Assembly (NCBI RefSeq): GCF_006345805.1
Contig: NC_043019.1
Span: 6,013,360 to 6,077,359, forward strand
Source: Octopus sinensis
Taxonomy: Eukaryota
Length of the DNA stretch: 64,000 bases
Reading direction: 5' to 3'
This document shows positions 11,780 to 24,246 of the stretch, piece by piece. The position numbers and the translations under genes were made by a program. Numbering within the stretch: position 1 is the first letter of the stretch; each line of letters begins with the position of its first letter. Below the pieces are notes generated by a model. The model saw only the letters and a program-made list of their open reading frames with translations. It ran no database searches and was not told the DNA's origin.

Positions 11780-12040
11780 TATAAATATATATCACATGAT
11801 CACGTAACCGACCAGGTTATCAGATGTTGTTACACATCGCTGGTCACGATGCATTTTTGCATTGTTTTAGCCTGCAAACGACGCCACCCCGTTGGCTAGG
11901 CAAGCAGGCCAACAATTCCTCTCTGATCGAAGGGTACCTGGAACAACATGAAATGAAGTGCTTTGCTCAAGAACACAACGCGCCGCCCAGTCAGGGAATC
12001 GAACCCACGATCTAGCGATCGTAAGTACAACAGCCTAACC
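11780..12040 (-). mobile_element. Older family C SINE (tail type ii)
   Basis: gatcacgtaaccgaccaggttatcagatgttgttacacatcgctggtcac is the reverse complement of tail ii; ends at (TA)n. Confidence 0.75.
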
Positions 12041-12224
12041 ATTAGGAAAGTGTGTCAATTCACCACAGCTATTTCCAACGTTTATGTATTCCTCTCTCTA
12101 TGTTGTGTACACATTTTACTTTTCGACCCGACCCTCTCCCTTAAGTTCCCGATTCACGTGAACCCTGATCTATTGTATAGCCCTAGGCTGCAGGAGAAGA
12201 CATTTGCCCAAGATATATGCATAT

Positions 12225-12432
12225 CTTTTATCTTTTACTTGTTTCAGTAATTAGATCGCGACCATGCTGGGGCATCGCCTTGAAATTTTAGTCGAATAAA
12301 TCGACCCCAGTGCTCTTTCAAAAAGCCTGCTACTTATTCTTTCGATATATTTTGCCGAACCACTAAGTTATGGGGACGTAAACATACCAAGAGTAGTTAC
12401 CAAGGAGGAACAAGCATAGACACGCACACACA

Positions 12433-12474
<42 letters not shown>

Positions 12475-12862
12475 TACACGCACGCGCGCACGCACACACA
12501 CACACACACACATATATATACTCTCTTTTACTCTTTTACTTGTTTCAGTCATTTGACTGTGGCCATGCTGGAGCACCGCTTTTAGCCGAGCAAATCGATC
12601 CCAGGACTTATTCTTTGTAAGCCTAGTACTTATTCTATCGGTCTCTTGTTGCCGAACCGCTAAGGCTATAGTAGAAGACTTCTGCCCAAGATGCCACGCA
12701 GTGGGACTGAACCCGGAACCATGTGGTTCGTAAGCAAGCTACTTGCCACACAGCAACTCCTGCGCCTTACATACATACGACGGGCTTCATTCAAGTTCCG
12801 TCTACCAAATCCACTCATAAGGCTTTGGTCGGCGCGAAGCTATAGTAGAAAACATTTGCCCA
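12225..12862 (-). mobile_element. Two family A SINE copies (one old and partial, one rearranged)
   Basis: Tail and body matches at 12225-12410 and 12520-12862. Confidence 0.8.
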
Positions 12863-13271
12863 TATATATATATATATATATATATGCGCGCGCACACACA
12901 GACACACATTCATTTTCGTCCGCCGCAGCAGCGAGGACCATCTAGTCATCCTAGAAATTTGCTTAAAGTGAAGTGTTGCTTACTGTCAAGACGGGTGGGG
13001 ATGGAGACGGATGCAGTGAACGACCAAGATATCTCACATGGCTTATCTTACGCTCTGCATCCCACAATGCATTGCTTGCGGCCGCCTTCCCTTCCGTTGG
13101 ACCATGAAGTATTCCTCCACAGATTCTACCGGACCCAGTCATCACATGTATAGATAGACATAACTTAAGATGCTAATTAACCCATAGCTGGATCCCTAAC
13201 GGATACTACGTCAGAACAGACGTGGGAACAACACTGGCTAAGAGGTGGTTCCACACTCTTCAAAACTCCCA

Positions 13272-13686
13272 AGATCTTTTCGGTTTGACCGGCAGAAATT
13301 TGTAACATAATTTCTAGGTAACTAAACACTTTTAAACTTCGTATACTGGAAGAATGTGTTTATAAAACATCTTTTTCTCTTGGCTTTATTGAGAAAATTC
13401 TATAGTTTGTAAGATATTTGTTGTTGTTTTTTTCTTCAATTTCTGCAATTTCAACCAATCAATGACGTCTATTGAGGTAAAAACATTCTGTGCCGCATGA
13501 ATATGTCCCTCATTTAAGAAACAGATTGGGTTTATTTACATTTGTGAAGAAAAAAAGATACCCTTCCCCTCACCCCTAACCCTAAAACAGATTGAAATGC
13601 AATAGATCGATACTAGGGTCATAATTATGGGTGACAATTTCATAGGAGACCGCTAGAAAAAACTGCCGTTCAAACCGAAAAGATCC
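13272..13686. mobile_element. MITE, ~28-bp TIRs (copy 1)
   Basis: gatcttttcggtttga...ttcaaaccgaaaagatc; near-identical to 39026-39435. Confidence 0.85.
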
Positions 13687-13773
13687 AACAATTGCACCAA
13701 ATTGATGTAAACAAATGCTTTGAACTGAATTTACTTGGAGCGTTCGAAACACGTGCGATGTACTCCGCAGCAA

Positions 13774-13802
<29 letters not shown>

Positions 13803-13804
<2 letters not shown>

Positions 13805-14015
13805 GGTTTCAAACTTTGCTACAAGAGCAGCCAGTGTGGGGAGGGGATGTGTCGATTACATCAAGTCCAGTATTCAACTGGTACTTAATTTATCGACCCC
13901 GAGAGGATGAAAGGCAAAGTCGACCACAGCGGAATTTGAACTCAGAACCTGGCGTCGGACGAAACACCGCGAAGCATTTATCCCAGCGTGCTAACGAGTC
14001 TACCAGCTCGCCGCC

Positions 14016-14017
<2 letters not shown>
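13803..14017 (-). mobile_element. Meta-domain SINE (family B)
   Basis: Family match. Confidence 0.85.
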
Positions 14018-14059
<42 letters not shown>

Positions 14060-14072
<13 letters not shown>

Positions 14073-14084
14073 GAAGGCCTGTTT

Positions 14085-14135
<51 letters not shown>

Positions 14136-14430
14136 CAGTAGTAGTAGTAGTAGACAAAGAGATTAGAAAAGTGCCAGGTAATTGACTTTACCGCCCCAAA
14201 TAAAGAGAGCAGGATACTCCTCGAAAGGGGTCCAGCCCCTAAGCGCACAACTAAGACGAAAGTGGGTATACTTCATACCCGAATGTGCAATGCAAAACGG
14301 GTGCTAGAAAATAAAAGAAAAAGTAGAGTGCCATACCAGCTTGAAGTATGAAAGCCTCAAACACAGGAACAAAGAATTTAAGGCAGTGATGGTCCCATCA
14401 ATTTCCACTGGGGTTTTAGGAATTAAGGCA
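14060..14430 (+). mobile_element. R4/Dong-clade non-LTR remnant (RLE endonuclease end) with internal (GTA)n expansion
   Basis: Translates RRPVL(V)nDKEIRK, then after a frameshift CQVIDFTAP, then KYESLK...VMVPSISTGVLG; resembles the RPD(L/I)VVVDK...IIDxAVP...KY..L..VPIVIGxLG RLE motif. Confidence 0.6.
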
Positions 14431-15065
14431 AAGCACTTTGAACGATAATCTTGGAAAGTTAGACCTTAATCTGGGAGAGGGCAATCCAGAAAACCTGTTT
14501 ACTTGGTTCAACCAGAATCAGTTAGGAAGTCTCCCGTACAAGGAACAAATAGGTACAACAGAAACAGGCTTGTGCATAAAAAGGATAAAAACATTCTCCT
14601 CTTTCTCCTTCTCCGTTTCTAAACCATGAGTTGTGGGTGGATACGAAGTATAACTGAACTGATTATCGCACTATAACCATGTGACAGCAAAAGCAGCAGC
14701 GGTAGTAGTAGTAGTAGTAGTAGCAGCAGCAGCAGCAGAGTGGTATCTTCCTCATAATTACCCTCAACATTATAAACGTCCTCATATTTATTGGTGTTAT
14801 CACAACAATACGCATAATCATTCCTACATGTCATCTTCTTGTAAACTCGTAAGGATCGATCAATAAACTTTATAATTGAGTTCAACGGGATGAGCATTAT
14901 TTGGTGGGTATGAGTGTAAAAGCAATAAAAACATAGCATATATTCGAACCAAACAAAATCGATTAATGCTTTGAAAGAGAAAAAAAATTCCCATTACTTA
15001 ATAACGCACGGGGGTTTTATGATATTTTTTCCGCTATTTGCTATGTTCTGTTAGATAACGTAACA

Positions 15066-15100
<35 letters not shown>

Positions 15101-15164
15101 TAATAATAATAATTATTATTATTATTATAATAATAATAATAATAATAAATATAGTAATAAAAGG

Positions 15165-15635
15165 TGGTATAAAAGATGGGCTACAGCAAATATTCTGCTC
15201 AATACCACAGATTGCTTGTCAGTTGTTTGACCTTAACCAGTTGAGCATGTCCCTCAGTGGCTGACGATATGTGCATCTCTGGTCACGAGCAGAAGTAGTG
15301 GGGGAGCATCATAGCCATGTGTTGAGAGGGATTCTTTGGGGTTTGAGTAATTCATATCTGGAAACATGGGTTTTTCACTCAATGTCCTTAAACAAAGCCT
15401 TATTCAGGGACCTTTTGAGCGAGAAGGGCTACTCAACCTGAAGAAAATTCTAAACGGGCCCCACCTGCAAGGTCATGTGCTGTTTATCTTGATATGAGAT
15501 CACCATGTCATGCACGTATGATTGTAATGCATGTGGCTAGTGTACCCTTATCAGACGGGTAGTCATGATGGGTATACTGGGCTTCGTATATTTTACCCCA
15601 GTGTCACTTTGATGGCATGCGCTGCTCTCTCACTC
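15165..15635 (+). mobile_element. Non-autonomous interspersed repeat bounded by (TAA)n on both sides
   Basis: Second partial copy on the minus strand at ~25900-26075; ends ...ctctcactc(aat)n. Confidence 0.7.
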
Positions 15636-15655
15636 AATAATAATAATAATAATAA

Positions 15656-15704
<49 letters not shown>

Positions 15705-15880
15705 TAATAATAATAATAAACTTTTTTTTAATTTATGTATTAGACAACACCCAAAAATATATATATATATATGGCACACTAGGCATAACAACAACGTGAA
15801 CTTCCAACCTGTTGTCTCTTGAGGTCTCTGGGTGAGACTTGGAGCCAACTTGTACAGACATAAAGCAAAAGTCAAACATA

Positions 15881-15917
<37 letters not shown>

Positions 15918-16159
15918 TTTCTTACGGCTTTTGAAATATCGAAATGTTTCAATTAATTTCAAAAAACTTAGGAATCGTTTCAAAACTTCAATTTGAGCGA
16001 GATTTTACATAGAGAAAACTGTACGTTTAAGTGAGTGTGTCGAAATCAATGCCGAATATTATAATTCTACAGATATAGTCTAGCTATCTGGAAGATAGAA
16101 TAGATCAGTTAATTCTGAATATCAAATATCACTCCTTGCTTTGAACAGCAGGAATAGCG

Positions 16160-16455
16160 GTATGAATAGTTTCATTTGTTTGATGTTGTTGGTTCCTTCT
16201 CGAGCTATGCCTGGCTCATAAGGGCCGGTTTCCCGGTTTCCTTGACGTATAGGTTCCCCACCTAGACGGGACGCCGGTCCGTCATAGATGAGCTGCTAGA
16301 TGCAGGAGGAAAAGTGAGAGTAAGTTGTGGCGAAAGAGTCAGCAGAAGTTCGCCATTACCTAAGTTTCACTCATAAACACACACATCGCCCGGTCTGAGA
16401 TTCGAACCCGCGACCTCTTGACCGCGAGTCTACTGTTCTAGCCACTGGGCAATAT
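16160..16455 (-). mobile_element. Diverged family C SINE (tail related to type iii)
   Basis: cgcccggtctgagattcgaacccgcgacc head and gggccggtttcccggtttc, shared with 30092-30377. Confidence 0.7.
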
Positions 16456-16736
16456 ACTTCTACAGTTTGATGTTGAGTGCAGATAATTCTATAGTAATAG
16501 AAACTAAGACTAATTATTTCTCCACGGAATTTCGACAGATATTTTAATTGCTGGTTTACAACCCGAAGATAATCGGTAATGAAAATGGTTGGTGCCGGAG
16601 AAGGAACGGTAAAACACTGTAGTAAAACCAATTACAGTTTCATTATTTTATCGTCTATGTTCTGGTTTTGAATCTAAGAAAATTTGACCTTCATCCTGAA
16701 TAAATATGCTAGTTACATACTGAACTTGAACGAAGT

Positions 16737-17610
16737 AGGCGTAGGAGTGGCTGTATGGTAAGTAGCTTGCTTACCAGCCACATGGTTCCGGGTTCAGTCC
16801 CACTGCGCGGCACCTGGGCAAGTGTCTTCTACTATAGCCTCGGGCCGACCAAAACCCTGGTGAGTGGATTTGGTAGACGGAAACTGAAAGAAGCCCGTCG
16901 TATATATGCATATATGTTTGTGTGTGTGTGTGTGTGTTTGTGTGTCTGTGTTTGTCCCCCCCCCCCAACATCGCTTGACAACCGATGCTGGTGTGTTTAC
17001 GTCCCCGTAACTTAGCGGTTCAGCAAAATAGACCGATAGAATAAGTACTGGGCTTACAAAGAATAAGTCCTGGGGTCGATTTCCTCGACTAAAGGCGGTG
17101 CTCCAGTATGGACCACAGTCAAATGACTGAAACAAGTAAAAGAGTACTCTTTTACTCTTTACTCTTTTACTTGTTTCAGTCATTTGACTGCGGCCATGCT
17201 GGAGCACCGCCTTTAGTCGACCCCAGGCCTTATTCTTTGTAAGCCTAGTACTTATTCTATCGGTCTCTTTTGCTGAACTGCTAAGTTACGGGGACGTAAA
17301 CACACCAGCATCGGTTGTGAAGCGATGTTGGGGGGACAAACACAGACATACACACATATATATATACATATATACGACGGGCTTCTTTCAGTTTCCGTCT
17401 ACCAAATTCACTCACAAGGCCTTGGTCGGCCCGAGGCTATAGTAGAAGACACTTGCCCAAGGTGCCACGCAGTGGGAGTGAACCCGGAACCATGTGGTAG
17501 GCCCGAGGCTATAGTAGAAGACACTTGCCCAAGGTACCACGCAGTGGGAGTGAACCCGGAACCATGTGGTTTGTAAACAAGCTACTTACCACATAGCCAC
17601 TCCTACGCCC
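16737..17610. mobile_element. Two family A SINEs tail-to-tail (+ 16737-17146, - 17144-17610)
   Basis: Joined at palindromic gtaaaagagtactcttttac; the second copy has an internal ~70-bp tandem duplication. Confidence 0.9.
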
Positions 17611-17869
17611 TAAAATATAACAATCTTTTCACCAAAGCAAACAAGGCAGACAACTCCAGTGGAACAAAGGCCTTTACTATTGCCCATTGCCGCCATAGAA
17701 AGGTTACACAGTGTATTACTTCACAATTGCTTATTGGCATTGTAGTAACTAACTTCTATATAGAAATGTTTATTAAAAAATGCTCTGCTTTTGAGAAAAG
17801 AAAATGATGTCAGCTAATAATCCAATTGTTTCCCTTGTTTTTCAGCTAGAAAACAATCCTTTCTGCTAT

Positions 17870-18310
17870 AGGTACAAGGCCTAAAATTTCTTTGGGGTGA
17901 GGATAGTCAATTGCGTCGATCCTAGTACGTAGTTGGTACTTATTTTACAAGCTGGCAGAAACGTTAGCACGCCGGGCGAAATGCTTAGCGGTATTTCGTC
18001 TGCGTTACGTTGTGAGTTCAAATTCCGCCGAGGTCGACTTTGCCTTTCATCCTTTCGGGGTCGATAAATTAAGTACCAGTTACGCACTGGGGTCGATGTA
18101 ATCGACTTAATACCTATGTCTGTCCTTGTTTGTCCCCTCTGCGTTTAGTCCCTTGTGGGTAATAAAGAAATAGGTACTTATTTTATCCACCCGAAAGGAC
18201 GATAGACAAAGTCGACTTCGGCGGAATTTGAACTCAGAACATAAAGACGGACGGAATGCTGCAAAGCATTTTGCCCGGTTTACTAACGATTCTGCCAGCT
18301 CGCTGCCTTT
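17870..18310. mobile_element. Family B SINE (+, 17948-18172) nested inside an older family B SINE (-)
   Basis: 13-bp TSD ggtacttatttta at 17935-17947 / 18173-18185. Confidence 0.9.
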
Positions 18311-19240
18311 GACGGCTCGATAATAGTGTAACTGAGACACTAATGTTTCCCTCCACCCCAGTAGACATTTTGACCTTCGTGTTGTTATCTATAATGTTGT
18401 AGACGTTCGAAATAACCAAACCTACTTCTTTATTACTTAAATATACAGTAAGCGCCACTTCATAATCAGATTATAAAACAATTGAATATTTGACCTCTTG
18501 ATAAGGCTAAAATAGTTCACTGCCCGCTTTCGCCTCCCTACAGTAAAGATTTTATTTCATTTATCTAATAAATCTTGAGGAAACATGACTCCTATAATAT
18601 AATTTTCTTTTATAACTTGATGGTCTTAAATAAATTAATATTTTGCCTAATTATAGAATGGAGTAAAAACAAATCTTATTGTGAAAATTCTATTAAAAGA
18701 AACATCCTGTGGAACATAAAGTTTCCATTAAATCCATAATTAATGCTTCATATCTGCCTAATCTTCCTACCAATGAGATGACATTTTTAATTATTTTATC
18801 TCCATCGAAAACTTAGGAGAACAAACCTTATTAATTAAAATAATCAGTATTTAAAACTTCTCTAGCAACCAGCTATTAATAGGCAATAATTAGCAAAGCA
18901 ACCGTCGTTAGCTCGGTTCGAAAATACAAAGTTTATTTAATTATCTCTTAGTGAATACATGACATCATAATGGCGAATATTTAATTTCTGTTCCTCCTAT
19001 AAATTGTCTTTATCTTTTTTTCTGAATCACATATTAATGTTCAACTCCTTGATCTGCACTTTATGTCCAGCAAAAAGAATGATAAATCATTTTTTTGTTC
19101 CACTAAGATATGCATACACACACACACGCACACACACACACACACACGCACACACGAGGCGCATTCCAGAAGTTTTGAGACTTAAGGAGAGGCTGTCATA
19201 ACTGTCCTAGATAACTGTAATCTCAGTATAGCATTACTAT

Positions 19241-19475
19241 ATATTTCTTTACTACCCACAAGGGGCTAAACACGGAGGGGACAAACAAGGACAGACAAAC
19301 GGATTAAGTCGATTACACCGACCCCAGTGCGTAACTGGTACTTAATTTATCGACCCCGAAAGGATGAAAGGCAAAGTCGACCGCGGCGGAATTTGAACCC
19401 AGAACGTAACGGCATACGAAATACGGCTACGCATTTCGCCCGACGTACTAACGATTCTGCCAGCTCGCCACCTTT
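19241..19475 (-). mobile_element. Family B SINE with Tx1-like tail
   Basis: 15-bp TSD gtatagcattactat (19226-19240 / 19476-19490). Confidence 0.92.
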
Positions 19476-19689
19476 GTATAGCATTACTATGTGTCTAATT
19501 AGCTGACATGCCAGCATTTGTTATTCCTGATTGAAAGTGACGGCTGTTACAGCACATTATATACATCCTACGAAACGCTGCCTCTTGCAGTTGACAGGTT
19601 CACAGAATGCAATCGGGACGCCAAGTCTGTTTGGTAAACGGGAGAAAAACGCTACAGGAACTTATGAAATACTCCAGACTGCTTTATGG

Positions 19690-20160
19690 ATTAACTCGTA
19701 CGAACCGAGAAGAGGCCAGGCAAAGCAAGTCCACGGGGAAGCTCATAATGATCTCTTCTTTCGACAGTAAGCGCATCATCTGCATCCATAGGGTTGTTTC
19801 TGGCTAGACAGTCAACAAAGAGTGCTTTGTGAAGATTTTGAGGGAGTTCAGTTAGAGATTTCGCTCAAAAGATCAGAGCAACTGCACCAGTACACAGTTC
19901 CCTATTATCCATGGCTCACTTCCTGCGTTCACGATGTTTCATCAACCAAGATGAGGTAGAAGCTTCAGTGAAGGAGTTCTTCACCTCGGAGGACAAGAAC
20001 TAGTGTCAGCATGCGATCAAAGGACCCAACCCGCCAAAAGTGGTGGCTTCAGACCGGTGCAACACGATGGCCTCTACTTTGAATGCTTGGCTACTTTAGA
20101 TGTAATTTGACAAATGGAGCAAATACCAAAATATTGCGAAACTTTAAACTCATCCCAATG
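19690..20160 (+). mobile_element. Mariner (DD34D-type) transposase remnant
   Basis: EARQSKSTGKLIMISSFDSKRIICIHRVVSG*TVNKECFVKILREF and EVEASVKEFF...VQHDGLYFE; stops and deletions. Confidence 0.75.
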
Positions 20161-20710
20161 TGTGTGTGTGTGTATGTGTGTGTGTGTGCAATGATTGTTT
20201 TTATGTGGAGTTACAATAAGAGTAATTTTACATTGGAGGATTATTCAACATTTTTGTTGAGTGTATATTTATTATTCTTTAACAAGAATAGTGTTAATAG
20301 TAACTTTGAGTTTATACAAAGCTAAGATGAGCTCCCATGTAGCACAGCCCGATATCGGCTTACAGGGTCGAAGCTATGAAGTTACTGTCAATACTATTCT
20401 TGTTGAATAATACTATATTTGTGTGTACGCGTGTGTGTATGTGGGGGGGGCGGTGTAAATAACACGGTTGGAAGAGGTTGTTGAGTTCTACAATTGTTTC
20501 AAAAACACATCCGATGTATTTTACGTAACATTACGAATATCCCGTAACATTCCGGTGTGCTTTATCCTTGGGTATGTATGACATTTTAGCTGAAAATAAT
20601 TTGTCACAGAGGAGAATACAAAACCGAACAAGCAGACAAAATGAAAAAAGTGGGAGTGAAGAGTAGAAATTTATATATGTGTGCCTATTATTATATGTAA
20701 ATAGAGATAA

Positions 20711-20814
20711 GTATACTTCAGCAGTACATATGCTAAAATTGCCACGATACAGACATTAGCATGGTCCCTGCACAAGGGTGACGCGCAAATTAGTAAAGCG
20801 TTTCATATATTTTT
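20711..20814 (+). pseudogene. RNU6: U6 snRNA pseudogene
   Basis: cttcagcagtacatatgctaaaattgccacgatacagacattagcatggtccctgcacaagggtgacgcgcaaattagtaaagcgtttcatatattttt aligns along full-length U6; ACAGAGA box is damaged. Confidence 0.9.
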
Positions 20815-21062
20815 AGGCGCAGACGTGGCTGCGTGGTAAGAATCTTGCTTCCCAACCACATGGTTCCGGGTTCAGTCCCACTGCGTCGCACCTTGGCCTA
20901 GTGTCTTCTCCTATAGCCTCAAGCCAACCAAAACCTTGAGAATAGATTTAGTTGGCAGAAACTGAAGGAAGCATGTCGTATAAGTGTGTGTATGTGTCTG
21001 TGTGTGTTTGTCTGTGTGTGTGTCTTTGTATCTGTGTTTGTCCCCCACCACCGCTTGACAAC
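20815..21062 (+). mobile_element. Family A SINE, 3' end missing, directly abutting U6
   Basis: aggcgcagacgtggctgcgtggtaag head starts right after the U6 T-tract. Confidence 0.85.
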
Positions 21063-21824
21063 TATTTTCAAAATAAAAGTCGTATATATCTGAGGGGAAA
21101 CCATATCAGACAGTTACAGGACATTCGTAATGTTACGTGAGATCCATCTTATGTGCTTTTGAAACAATTGTAGCATTCGACTACCCTTTCAATCCTTTTT
21201 ATTTACAGATTTGATTATCGAATTATAAGCAAATTTTGTTAATTTTGAAATGGAGTTGTACAGCACCTGTCATCGGAAACCACTTATCAGAATTTGCTGC
21301 CTAATCTCGATACGGGACAAACAGTGTTTGATGTATTGATTGATAAATGTTTGGAGCCATTATTGAGTCATCCGTTTTTCCATACAAGCCGTGTTTATGC
21401 TGGAGGCTAACGAACTGCACTTTAAAATCACTCGATAGATCCTACATTGTGTTTGCATGTGTGTATGTGTGTGTGAAAAAGAGATAGAGAGAGAGTGAGT
21501 GTGTGTTTGTGTGTGCGTTTTTTTGTGTGTGAGTGAGTGTGTATGTGTGTGTATATGTGTATGTGTGGTGTGTGTGGATGCGTGTGTGTACGTGTATGTG
21601 TGTACGTGCGTCTGTGTGTGTGTGTGTGGACTTATATCCAGAAACCCAATAACAAACCATTCTCTTTAATCTCGTGCAACTCACATACCATCACACATAC
21701 CATCACAATCAGCTTAACATAAAACCTACGTAAAAAAAGATTAACTTTCCCCTTCACAAACAGAAAATACTTCAGTTGCTAACTCTACAGAAAAATCTTT
21801 TGTGAGTCCCACAACGAGAATATT

Positions 21825-22445
21825 GGTTTCAAGTTTTGGCACAAGGCCAGCAATTTCGTGGGAGAAGGCAAGTTGATTATATCGACTCCATAGCTTAACT
21901 GGTACTTATTTTATCGACCTTCAACGAATGAACGGCAAAGTCAACCCCGGCAGCATTTGAACTCAGGACGTTAAGTCGGACAAAATACCGCTAAGCATTT
22001 TGTCCAGCGCACTAACGATTCTTATTTCTTTATTGCCCACAAGGGGCTAAACATAGAAGAGACAAACAAGGACAGACAAGGGGATTACGTCGATTACATC
22101 GACCCCAGTGCGTAACTGATACTTAATTTATGGACCCCGAAAGGATGAAAGGGAAAATCGACCTCGGCGGAATTTGAACGCAGAACATAACAGCAAACGA
22201 AATACCTATTTCTATTTCTTTACTACCCACAATGGGCTAAACACGAAGAGGACATACAAGGACAGACAAATGGATTAAGTCGATTATATCGACCCCAGTG
22301 CGTAACTGGTACTTATTTAATCAACCCCGAAAGGATGAAAGGCAAAGTGGACCTCGGCGGAATTTGAACTCAGAACGCAGCGGCAGACGAAACACTGCTA
22401 AGCATTTCGCCCGGCGTGCTAACGATTCTGCCAGTTCGCCGCCTT
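21825..22445 (-). mobile_element. Chain of three family B SINEs
   Basis: Three Meta domains; two carry the Tx1-like tail and interrupt the head of the preceding copy. Confidence 0.85.
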
Positions 22446-23095
22446 TCCACTTCGAGAATATTGTCAAACATCTAAGACGCTCTTGCTGCTGCACACACTA
22501 ACATCCAAAACTGTAACCCACAGAAAACTGTCCGAATGATTTAACAAACAAATTCCTCTTCAACACCTTTTTCTTCTCGCCTTGCCTTTGCTACCATACT
22601 TCAGTAGTCTCTGCTCGTCCAGGCAAACCCACCCAACACACCCATAACTCATCTTTTCATTATCTACACTCCCTAACATCTCAGGCCGTTAACCCTCATG
22701 AAATTCATGCCTATCTCCGTTTTATTTTAGTTCCTATAGTCATTAAGTGACAGATGTTGAAACTGAGCATCAACAGCAGTAAATGACACTTCGGTTTGTA
22801 ATCAATTAATAAACTCTGCTACATATATTTAGCAGCTTGTTTTTAAATCCCAATGTACACACACACACACACACACAAGTATATAAGTAGATATATTATG
22901 CATGCATAATATGTGTGCACGTGTGTGTGTATGTACGTGTGTGTATGTATATTAAGCGTACGTGTTTCAGTCAATCTGTATGAGTCGACCATATTAGTAC
23001 AACCGTCTGATTTATTACCACGTAGAAATGTATAACAATAAATAGGAAGACGGTTAAATACTCTTACACACACAACCATATATCTGTACATAAGC

Positions 23096-23165
23096 ATGCA
23101 TATATATATATATATGCATGTATATGTATGTAAATGTATTATGTATTTATATATATGTATATATG

Positions 23166-23205
<40 letters not shown>

Positions 23206-23449
23206 TGTATGTATACGTATATATATTTTATATTATATATATATATATATTATATATATATATTATATATATATATGTATGTATGTATATATATATATAC
23301 ATATATATATATTATATATATATATTATATATTATATATATGTATGTATTATGTATATATATAGATACATACATACATATATTACATTATATGGATATAC
23401 GCAGACTATTAAGCATTCTCTTTATTTCCCGCACAGAACGCATATATAT

Positions 23450-23495
<46 letters not shown>

Positions 23496-23577
23496 CTAAA
23501 TACATATACACAAAACTAAGAAGAATGACCACTAAAGTGGACACCTAATATGCTAAACATAGACGTCATATATATAC

Positions 23578-23613
<36 letters not shown>

Positions 23614-23619
23614 GGGGTG

Positions 23620-23661
<42 letters not shown>

Positions 23662-23666
23662 GATAG

Positions 23667-23697
<31 letters not shown>

Positions 23698-23823
23698 GAG
23701 ATAGATAGATAGATAAATAGGATGGTGTTATGAATGTATGTACGTGTATATATGTATACATACATATATATGTATATATGTATGAATGTATGTGTATGTA
23801 TATATATATATATATATATATAT
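23096..23823. repeat. (TA)n/(TATG)n/(GA)n/(GATA)n microsatellite field
   Basis: Direct reading. Confidence 0.95.
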
Positions 23824-23969
23824 AAATATCGTGTACATTAAAACACATTAAGAGGCTTCCAAATAGGAAAGCCTTGTGCTAGAAAGAGCAGTAGAAAACT
23901 CAAACCACTAATTAGGGATAAATTCTCGAAAGGAAAGAAAATTAAAAACGTTTATCATCTAATTTAGTC

Positions 23970-24036
23970 CCTAGACCATGGTTTCTGACTAATTCCAGTA
24001 AAAAAATATTTACTGAGGCTAGTCTTCGTCAGTAGG
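23970..24036 (-). ncRNA. Type-I hammerhead ribozyme motif (GUC site)
   Basis: CCTA-CTGACGA-A-GACTA..CAGTAAA..TTTACTG..TAGTC-A-GAAAC-CAT-GGTC-TAGG; palindromic ACCATGGT stem III. Confidence 0.7.
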
Positions 24037-24246
24037 TAGTCTTTAGATTTCAAATATACACACAACTAGATCCGCATGTAAACTAGCTGCCCGTATATCC
24101 TAACTTTTCAAAACCACTGCACAGGAAATAAACTTCTGTCGCCGTAAATAAACTGCATCTGCGCAGTGGTTTTGAAAATTTAGGATATACGGGCAGCTAG
24201 TTTACATGCGGATCTAGTTGTGTGTATATTTGAAATCTAAAGACTA

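Larger units (their letters stand above)
20466..21195. repeat. ~83-bp imperfect inverted repeats (20466-20548 / 21113-21195)
   Basis: ctacaattgtttcaaaa...cgtaacattacgaat versus its reverse complement; roughly 80% identity. Confidence 0.75.

Noticed and set aside
22955-23000. Possible highly decayed hammerhead (CTAATAT GGTC..GACT GAAAC ACGT); similar weak cases at ~29290 and ~33500
   Set aside because: Too many core substitutions to support without a family consensus
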